Positions 23,901 to 48,864 of a stretch of 64,000 nt of DNA are shown piece after piece (the stretch's first letter is position 1; each line of letters begins with the position of its first letter). The notes below the pieces were generated by a model. The model searched no databases. It saw only the letters and a list, made by a program, of their open reading frames with translations, and was not told the origin of the DNA. Source of the DNA: Antedon mediterranea (Eukaryota > Animalia > Echinodermata). Location: the NCBI RefSeq assembly GCF_964355755.1, contig NC_092678.1, forward strand, positions 20,663,365 through 20,727,364, in the 5' to 3' direction. Made by a program: the position numbers and the translations under genes.

Positions 23901-26900
23901 GCACAGCGGAACAACCGCAAGGGACTACAACCGTAGTCAAATCGTCCGAAACTGTACAGATAATGCTTAAAGCAAGTGAAGAAGGAGGTATATGTAACAT
24001 ATATATAATTTATATAAACTTAATTTATTCACAAGACTGACGTGCAGTACAACTTGTTCAATCAATATTGATATTAACACCATATAAATCGCACAAATTC
24101 AACATTTTGCAGAGAATAAAATTGCCAGTAAGCACTCATTACGCCATAGACTGTGGCCTTTTCATAAAGGCCTTTGACAGTCATACAGCCCGCACAGAGA
24201 TTTTTCCCTTTTTCTTTCAACCACTGCACCACTTTATTTCTCATGACTACAGTACTGCTGTATATATATTTTTTATTAAATTTTATTGATTGTTCAATTT
24301 TTATATCTTTGTATTTTCATTGTTTCACTTCTATATGGAGAGCCATCTTGATAGTGCTTTGCACTCATGGCAATCTTCAGGGTGCTGCACTGCTGTTTTT
24401 TGTTATATATGTTTGTGTCTGAAAATTGATTAAACTAAAATAAATAAATAATCTGCAATATGGTCTGGAATATTAAATAGCGTACCCTCTGTTTTTTTGC
24501 TCTGTTTCTGAGTGCTAAATTATTTTTCTAGTGATGGATATCTGTTATTTTTCGTTGAAAACCATAACATCTAACTTTAATGAAAGAAGGAAACTTGGAG
24601 AGGGTGGTTTTGGGTCGGTGTATCTAGGAAGGTTACCAAAAAATGGCGAAGATGTTGCAGTTAAAGTTTTAAAAGAAGTAAGAAATAATTAATTGTGATA
24701 TTGGTGTGTCAGTGGTTAACATGTTTGCTTGTCAATCTCAAGGTTCTGGGTTTAGATCCCGGGTTGTTACACTATCCAGTATAAAGCAGTCCATGGTGGT
24801 GCCACATCGGACCATACTAGCATTCCTGTGGTTGTGTCAACTTTACATCGTTATTTACCTGATAACCCTAATATCATTAGTTCAAATCTTTCAAAGTCAA
24901 AATACCACAATACCATTACTAGGTACCGTGTTTATTGTGTGACGAATTTGTTTGTTTAATTTATTTTCAGAAAGAAGAAAAGCATAAAAGTCAGTTCAAA
25001 AATGAATTAAAACATTTATCAAGGTATGTTCATTAAGGATCATGCCAAATTATTGCCGATGTTATGGCTACTACGGTTCCATTGTCTTAACCGTTTAGCC
25101 ACTCACTCACTTGTTTTAACCAATTTCTTGTTCTCCTTGTTTTGTGGTCATGACAATAAAGTTTTATCTTATCTTATCTTTTTTTTTTCAGTCTTAGCCA
25201 CAAAAATATTCTTCCCCCAATGGGTTACTCATTTGATGGGCCTGCATACTGTCTTGTGTATCACTTCATGCCAAATGGTTCCCTGGAAGACTGCCTTAGG
25301 AACTCCACACCAGATAAATGTCTCCCGTGGAAGTTAAGACTTTCCATTGCTACGGATATTGCTCTCGGAATAGAATATTTACACAGTAAACACATTATCC
25401 ATAGAGATATAAAAAGGTTAGTATATAAACTTTTCTACTCCGAGAGTTTTAATATATTTTCCCGCATGGGTGATTGTTATTATCATTAATCTTTTATATG
25501 TTGTTAATGTATTTTATCTAGTGCAAATGTCTTATTGGATGCGAATTTTGTTGGGAAGGTCGCTGACTTTGGTTTGGTACGAAACATTGGTAACAAAACA
25601 CATGTGACAAAGGTGATCATTGGTAGTCCGGTGTACATGTGTCGGGAAGCCTTCCAGGGAGACGTATCACCCACCGTTGACGTCTACAGCTATGGAGTGG
25701 TAGGTTTGATTAAAGCTATGTTCACGTTTGTTTAGTTTCACAAAACAAAGATGCCGCCGTTCAATCCTGTATATGGTTTTTCATTATTTAACAACATGGT
25801 GCCGTCTTCCAATCCGTGAAACAGAACAAGTATAGTGAATGTAGGTTGTAGTCTGTATATATAGTCGATTATATACGACTTATATCCTTTTGACACTGCA
25901 TAAATTCTACAACAAATCTTGATCTTCCCATTAATTGCACGTTTTCGTACATGCATTCGATAACCTTGCAAAAGTATTGTTGTAATGTTTGGTTGCTATT
26001 TGATCATGTTGCATCTATTGTGAATATTCAGGGCACGTACACACATGGACAGTAACAACCCAGAGCAAAAAACAGACCTATTTCTGTTGTGATCTTCTGG
26101 AGTCCTTAGTGGGTCATTTGTGTGTTTTCTGACCCCCAGTGGGTCATTAATGTGTTTTTCTGGGGACCCCTGGTGGGGCATTGTTGTGTGTTTATCTGGT
26201 GAGTCATTAGTGTGTGTTTTTCTGGGTCCCCGATGGGTGATTGCTGTTTTTTTCTTGGGCCCCCTGATCTGCTCGAATTAAATATGTATTGAATGCCGCC
26301 ATGCATTATTTCAGGTTTTGTGTACATTTAGTGGTATACTGGTCTTTTAAAAAACACCAGTTTATCTTTAAACTCATAATATTAATTGTCTGTCTTCCGT
26401 TAGATTCTGCTCGAGTTAATAACCGGCCTTCCGGCCTCTGAGGTGCCAGAGACACAAGAAGACATCATAACATATTGCCAAACGAAAGTCGACGTGTGTC
26501 GAGACGAGTTATACAGCATTATAGATAAGTCTTTAGTGGAATATTGTACAGCAGATTTGGATAGCCTTTACAAATTAGCGGAAGACTGTCTAGAGCATAG
26601 AAAAGTTAAAAGGATAACAATGGAAAGGGTATGTGTTTATATAAGTCTATAAGTATATGTAACTTTGCCAAATGTCAAAGTTCAACTTGCCAGCCAGCTT
26701 CTACAGTACTAATTGTGCTGAGCAGTAACACCACCACCATCAACGACCACAGCCCAGTCTGAAGGTTATTTTAAGGTTTTCCTACCCAGCCTAATCTCAT
26801 CACAGCACCCACGCAAAGAATCTGGATACCTTAAAGTACTGTTTAATTCCTTGTACACCATTCCTTGACGTTTGTTTTAGTAGTGTTGAAACTGTGACTT

Positions 26901-27232
26901 TCCAAGATGGTCATTATTTGTAAGTTTCGGAGGTGGAAACCCCTCCCCCTTATATTTCACAAATGAAAATGAGCTTGTCTTTAGTAGAATCTGTATCTAT
27001 CCTCAGTGGAAACCGCCCGTCCGCTCCGCGCTTTGGGTAAATGGCCATAAGGAATAACATAGAATTTGAATTACTGTTACCACTCATCTGTGTAAATTGG
27101 CCTTTATCTGTAATCTATATATAATATAATAATGAACATAACAGATTAATATTTAATATTTAATATAGTTTTCTCATCTTCTTTACACAGCTATTGAGTG
27201 AAATAAAACAAATATCGAAATACGAAGGATGA
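20952..27232 (+). CDS. IRAK4: Interleukin-1 receptor-associated kinase 4 (death domain plus RD Ser/Thr kinase, about 488 aa)
   Basis: Exons 20952-21130, 23011-23156, 23715-23987, 24532-24677, 24971-25023, 25192-25416, 25522-25699, 26404-26628, 27191-27232 (TGA); 1467 nt, in frame. N-terminal DD; kinase motifs [24 protein letters not shown] (Tyr gatekeeper), [43 protein letters not shown] rather than HGD favours IRAK4 over IRAK1/Pelle. Confidence 0.92.
21184..22552. mobile_element. Non-autonomous DNA transposon with about 226-bp TIRs (Academ-like termini)
   Basis: Near-perfect inverted repeats 21184-21409 and 22327-22552; TTT|TAGACCGGGCGCCCGG...CCGGGCGCCCGGTCTA|TTT; no transposase ORF. Confidence 0.85.
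26055..26270. repeat. GC-richer minisatellite (about 39 bp) in an IRAK4 intron
   Basis: About 5 copies of TTTTCTG(GG)GACCCC..GTGGGTCATT.GTGTGT. Confidence 0.7.
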
Positions 27233-27699
27233 TGGAAACTTCAATAGGACAATAACATGTGGGATGTTTAAACTATCTAGATTCATTAACTCATTAGGAT
27301 GTCTGTCTGCCTGTCCAACAGTAAGCACATCAAATCTTCAGAAGAAAAGCATTTTAAACTAAAGTATATTTTTGGTTAAGTTTAACAGTAGCTAAACCTA
27401 AAATTCACAAACAAATGGAAGAGAGTCACTCAATAGACGAAATAAATAAAATGAAATAAAATGACTAGCAAGGAAATTATTAGCTACAGAGGTGGAGTAG
27501 AATCAACTGGTTCATTATCCTGAATACAGTGAACCCCGTCCCATGTTGTAATCAATTCTGGACAATTAATTGAGGTACCAAATCCAAAAGTGGGATGCTG
27601 TATGTAAATTTATCTTAAAATCTAAATATAAAAATGTATAATATATTTTATTTTATCAATCCAATTGAATCATAATTGATATTATATCATATCATATAT

Positions 27700-30600
27700 A
27701 TTGTGTTCTGCGCATGTCAATAATGATATCGTAACCAGTTATGTCAAAAAATAGAAAGTCGAAATTTGGCCATTTTAAAAAAATATCTGTGTACTAATAT
27801 TAAAGGGATTTTTATCCAAAACCAGTTATGTCAAAAAATAGAAAGTCGAAATTTGGCCATCACAGATATTTTCATGAATAAAAAAAAAATGGCCAAATTT
27901 CAACCCTTTTTTGGTTCTGCGCATGTCAATTATGATATAGTAACCAGTTATGTTGAAAAATAGCAATGTCAAAATTTAAAAAAAAAATTTAATTACCAAT
28001 TATCGACCTTTTAATTTTTGATAAAATTCAACATGGTTTCTATGGCATAATAAGATGATGATAAGGCAATATATGGTCATATACAGCAATAATATCGCAA
28101 AATAATTGAATTTTTTTAAAAAATAATTTTTTTTTTAAATAGCCAATTTTAGACCATTATATTTTTCAACATAACTGGTTTCTATAGTAGTATAAGACGA
28201 TGTAACATACAGCATAATAATTGAATTTTTTAAAATAGCAAAGTTCGATCATTTTATTGTTTGACAAAACTGGTTTCTATAGCTCTACAAGATGATGATA
28301 AGGCAATATGGTCATACATCTTTAAATTGAATTTTAAAAACATTTTTCGAATAGTATAGGGATTGAAAAAAACAAACAAATTCGACCATTTAATTTTTCG
28401 ATAAAACTGGTTACTATAGCATAGTTGACATGCGCAGAACCCATTGTTCGACTCTGCGCATGTTTATTGTGCTATAGTAACCATTTATGTCATAAAATAA
28501 TATGGTCGAAAAAATGGCTATTTTTCGAAAATTTCCCTGTACTAGAGTACAGCTATTTTATCAAAAAATGGCCAAATTTCGACCTTTTTATTTTTCGATA
28601 AAACTGGTTACTATAGCATAGTTGACATGCGCAGAACCCATTATTTGACTCTGCGCATGTTTATTGTGCTATAGTAACCATTTATGTTATAAAATAAAAG
28701 GGTCGAAAAATGGCAATTTTTCGAAAATTTCCCTGTACTAGAACTAGAGTAGGCCTACAGAGATTTTATCAAAAAATGGCCAAATTTCGACCTTTTTATT
28801 TTTCGATAAAACTGGTTACTATAGCATAATTGACATGCGCAGAACCCATTATTTGACTCTGCGCATGTTTATTGTGCTATAGTAACCATTTATGTCATAA
28901 AATAAAAGGGTCGAAAAATGACAATTTTTCGAAATTTCCCTGTACTATAGTACAGGGATTTTATCCAAAAATGGCCAAATTTTGACCTTTTTATTTTTCG
29001 ATAAAACTGGTTACTATAGCATAGTTGACATGCGCAGAACCCATTATTCGACTCTGCGCATGTTTATTGTGCTATAGTAACCATTTATGTCATAAAATAA
29101 TATGGTCGAAAAAATGGCTATTTTTCGAAAATTTCCCTGTACTATAGTACAGGGATTTTATCCAAAAATGGCCAAATTTCGACCTTTTTATTTTTCGATA
29201 AAACTGGTTACTATAGCATAGTTGACATGCGCAGAACCCATTATTCGACTCTGCGCATGCTTTTTGTGCTATAGTAACCATTTATGTCATAAAATAAAAG
29301 GGTCGAAAAATGGCAATTTTTCGACAATTCCCCTGCACTATAGTACAGGGATTTTATCCACAAATGGCCAAATTTCGACCTTTTTATTTTTCGATAAAAA
29401 CTGGTTACTATAGCATAGTTGACATGCGCAGAACACATTATTTGACTCTGCGCATGTTTATTGTGCTATAGTAACCATTTATGTTATAAAATAAAAGGGT
29501 CAAAAAATGGCAATTTTTCGAAAATTTCCCTGTACTATAGTACAGCTATTTTATCCAAAAATGGCCAAATTTCGACCTTTTTATTTTCGATAAAACTGGT
29601 TACTATAGCATAGTTGACATGCGCAGAACCCATTATTCGACTCTGCGCATGTTTTTTGTGCTATAGTAACCATTTATGTCATAAAATAAAAGGGTCGAAA
29701 AATGGCAATTTTTCGAAAATTTCCCTGCACTATAGTACAGGGATTTTATCAAAAAATTGCCAAATTTCGACCTTTTTATTTTTCGATAAAAACTGGTTAC
29801 TATAGCATAGTTGACATGCGCAGAACACATTATTTGACTCTGCGCATGTTTATTGTGCTATAGTAACCATTTATGTTATAAAATAAAAGGGTCGAAAAAT
29901 GGCAATTTTTCGAAAATTTTCCTGTACTATAGTACAGCTATTTTATCCAAAAATGGCCAAATTTCGACCTTTTTATTTTTCGATAAAAACTGGTTACTAT
30001 AGCATAGTTGACATGCGCAGAACCCATTATTTGACTCTGCGCATGTTTATTGTGCTATAGTAACCATTTATGTTATAAAATAAAAGGGTCGAAAAATGGC
30101 AATTTTTCGAAAATTTCCCTGTACTATAGTACAGGGATTTTATCCAAAAATGGCCAAATTTTGACCTTTTTATTTTTCGATAAAACTGGTTACTATAGCA
30201 TAGTTGACATGCGCAGAACCCATTATTCGACTCTGCGCATGTTTTTTGTGCTATAGTAACCATTTATGTCATAAAATAAAAGGGTCGAAAAATGGCAATT
30301 TTTCGAAAATTTCCCTGCACTATAGTACAGGGATTTTATCCAAAAATTGCCAAATTTCGACCTTTTTATTTTTCGATAAAAACTGGTTACTATAGCATAG
30401 TTGACATGCGCAGAACACATTATTTGACTCTGCGCATGTTTATTGTGCTATAGTAACCATTTATGTTATAAAAAAAAAGGGTCAAAAAATGGCAATTTTT
30501 CGAAAGTTTCCCTGTACAGCTATTTTATCCAAAAATGGCCAAATTTCGACCTTTTTATTTTTCGATAAAAACTGGTTACTATAGCATAGTTGACATGCGC

Positions 30601-31500
30601 AGAACACATTATTTGACTCTGCGCATGTTTATTGTGCTATAGTAACCATTTATGTTATAAAATAAAAGGGTCGAAAAATGGCAATTTTTCGAAAATTTCC
30701 CTGTACTATAGTACAGCTATTTTATCCAAAAATGGCCAAATTTCGACCTTTTTATTTTTCGATAAAACTGGTTACTATAGCATAGTTGACATGCGCAGAA
30801 CCCATTATTCGACTCTGCGCATGTTTATTGTGCTATAGTAACCATTTATGTCATAAAATAAAAGGGTCGAAAAAGGGCAATTTTTCGAAATTTCCCTGTA
30901 CTATAGTACAGGGATTTTATCCAAAAATGGCCAAATTTTGACCTTTTTATTTTTCGATAAAACTGGTTACTATAGCATAGTTGACATGCGCAGAACCCAT
31001 TATTCGACTCTGCGCATGTTTATTGTGCTATAGTAACCATTTAGGCCTATGTCAAAAAATAAAAGTGTCGAAAAGTGGCAATTTTTCGAAATTTTCCCTG
31101 TACTATAGTTGACATGCGAAGAACCCATTATTCGACTCTACGCATGTTTATTGTGCTATAGTAACCATTTAGGCCTATGTCAAAAAATAAAAGTGTCGAA
31201 AAGTGGCAATTTTTCGACTCTGCGCATGTTGCATAATTGAATATTAAAACTTTATATTTTTTTCATTTTTAGAGAAAACAAAAATGGCTGCTTGATAACG
31301 TAATATAGGATAATTTATATACAACAATATTATTGAATAATAATTAAATCTTGAAACACTTTAGATTTTGGCCATTTTTCGAAAAAATAGCAAATTTTCG
31401 ACCATTCTATTTTTCGACAAAACTGGTTTCTATGACAATAACACAATATATGGTCATATACAGCAATATTATTGCATAATTGAATTTTAAAAACATGTTT
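27700..31500. repeat. Satellite array, unit about 197 bp, with degenerate flanks
   Basis: TGACATGCGCAGAAC recurs at about 28426, 28623, 28831, 29026, 29223, 29420, 29615, 29812, 30009, 30205, 30402, 30591, 30787 and 30982. About 14 homogeneous units (about 28390-31200); each unit contains two inverted-repeat centres. Confidence 0.95.
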
Positions 31501-31520
31501 CCAACAGTATAGGGATTTAA

Positions 31521-31618
31521 AACAAGGACATATACACGGCTACAGTCGCGTGCTCAAGTTAGTGTTTACCGACCGACCGACCAACCGAGCTGTAGAGTGG
31601 CGTTGCACCCGACAAAAA
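31521..31618 (-). mobile_element. Miniature Helentron-type HINE (DINE-1-like architecture)
   Basis: On the minus strand: T-run, GTCGGGTGC..GCCACTCTA, (GTCG)n microsatellite, subterminal repeat GCACGCGAC, then a short stem-loop and TTGTT end. A second copy lies at 35845-35945. Confidence 0.6.
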
Positions 31619-31699
31619 ATAGCCAACTTTCGACCATTTTGTTTTTCCACAAAATTGGTTTGATTGGACTGCATTAATAACATACAAACAGCAAACGAG

Positions 31700-32318
31700 G
31701 ATGATGATGGTAATGATGATGACAATGATGATGGTAATGATGATGGTAATGATGATAATGATGATGACAATGATGATGGTAATGATGATGGTAATGATGA
31801 TGACAATGATGATGACAATGATGATGACAATGATGATGACAATGATGATGGTAATGATGATGGTAATGATGACGGTAATGATGATGACAATGATGACGGT
31901 AATGATGATGGCAATGATGATGGTAATGATGATGGTAATGATGATGACAATGATGACGGTAATGATGATGACAATGATGATGGTAATGATGATGGTAATG
32001 ATGATGGTAATGATGACGGTAATGATGACGGTAATGATGATGGTAATGATGATGACAATGATGATGGTAATGATGATGACAATGATGATGGTAATGATGA
32101 TGGTAATGATTATGGTAACGATGATGGTAATGATGACGGTAATGATGATGACAATGATGATGGTAATGATGATGGTAATGATGATGACAATGATGATGGT
32201 AATGATGATGACAATGATGATGGTAATGATGATGACAATGATGATGGTAATGATGATGACAATGATGATGGTAATGATGATGACAATGATGATGGTAATG
32301 ATGATGACAATGATGATG
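31700..32318. repeat. 12-bp minisatellite AATGATGA(T/C)G(GT/AC), about 51 units
   Basis: Directly visible; it explains the low-complexity ORFs in all six frames. Confidence 0.95.
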
Positions 32319-33405
32319 CATAGTTTTAATAATATTCTCAAATACTACGGTATGAAAATCAACTTTCCGTCGTCCGATTTTAATGAAATTGAAAACAATT
32401 GTTCAGCAACATATTTTTGTTATCCATTAATCCTCGACGCATACATGTCAATAGAGCAATCATACTGCGCATGCGATTTATACTGATTTACAATGTTAGC
32501 TGTGGATTCTGGATAGAGGGCCACGACGAGAGATACTGACCGTGTTTAAATGAGCAGAGCTTGCATAGACTAGCGCATTGGATGATCGATCTCACCACTC
32601 ACTCTCACCGGATAAATACAGTAAATAGATTTATACATTTTCCCCCAAATACACTACAAACATACGTTATATACAAAATATATAACATATTAATCTTTAA
32701 AATGAAAAAAAAAATGATTGTCGAGTTACATATTAATTAAAATTCAGAATTCAAGTATTTATAGACATATTTATTCCTTTATTTATTTGAATTTTAAATT
32801 TGTGCTATGGGGCGTACACTTATCATTAAAAAGATGCATTATAAAAAATACAACAAACATTAAAAGAAAACACAAATTCAAGATAACAATACACCACTGT
32901 GTATATATTACTACTTCTCACCAAACCCCACTCCCAAAAAAATCCCCAATTTCCAACCACGCCTCTATTTATTAAGTTATACATAAAACAATAATATGGT
33001 GCAATCAGATTTTCTGAGTCATGGACTTCAGTAAACCATCGACTCTTTTACAAAAATAAGAATCACAATAGACTGATGATCAACATCAAGATTAAAATAG
33101 ATTTAGGATTATAAAAATATTATTTACAAAATACAGAGGCCTATTATTACCAAAGCTAAGGTACAGGTACATTGTCATTGCAATCTTAAAAATGTGTTAC
33201 CACTCAACGCAATGCCAATCACAAGCGATGGATCGTTCAAACTACCGCTTGTCATTGGTCAACTCGCTTACACTGCGCTTACGTCGTTGCGTTGAGCCCT
33301 GTGTAAACCAAGCTTTAAATCATGATTGTTATGTAATTATTCATTCTCTATTCTGTAAATGTCACAATAACGACAGTGATTTTGTTGAGACAACGCTGCT
33401 GTTTT

Positions 33406-48269
<14,864 letters not shown>

Positions 48270-48510
48270 GTTGGTTTTGCGGACGGAAGAAAAAGTCACG
48301 TGTATTTACATTGCGAGCGCCCCCTACAACAGTCCACATCAAATAACTTTTTTGTGTGTATTTCAATTCTCTCTAATCGCCCGCCGCCGCGTGCGCACGT
48401 ACCCACCCGGTTCCCGGCCGTCCGCGCCGATTCTCACTTCCTAAATTCCGATCCTAGGCCTAGAGGCTAGTACATATCACGTGCAACTACTTTAGGTAGT
48501 AGTAGGTAAG
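48270..48510. promoter_or_regulatory. CpG-rich bidirectional promoter shared by PFKFB and the sulfotransferase
   Basis: GC/CpG-rich island (CGCCCGCCGCCGCGTGCGCACG...) in an AT-rich background; CACGTG E-boxes at about 48297 and 48478; CGGAAG; plus-strand donor TAG|GTAAGG at 48505/48506; TAGGCCTA clusters on both sides. Confidence 0.65.
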
Positions 48511-48864
48511 GTGATAGCCTAAATTATTTATAATTAAATCAAATTCAGGAGGCCTAAAATAATAAGTAGGCCCTAATTCAAAGAATAGGCCGCCTACGTC
48601 GTTATACTAACTACCTACTCTCACAATTTTTTTTGTTATTCAAATAAAAAGATTAAATTCAATAATAAATAATTAGGCCTTTCTTAGGCTTAGGCCTAGG
48701 CCTAGTAGGCATTAGCCTATTTTTATAGAGTGCGAAAGCCTAGGCCTAGCTACGATTATTAAACAGAATGAAAAACGTACGACTATAGACTAGGCTAGGC
48801 ACATTGTAATTAAATTGTTTGTTTGATTTCGTTTTAGTGATAACATCATCAAATCAATTTTGAA

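Noticed and set aside
28390-31200. Regularly spaced hairpin repeats resembling a CRISPR array, plus many 63-78 aa ORFs
   Set aside because: The intervening sequences are themselves repeated rather than unique spacers, there are no cas genes, and the context is eukaryotic. The ORFs are satellite translations.
31540-32486. Long poly-Ser, Ile, His, Met and Asp ORFs
   Set aside because: All are translations of one 12-bp minisatellite; no signal peptide or splice support.
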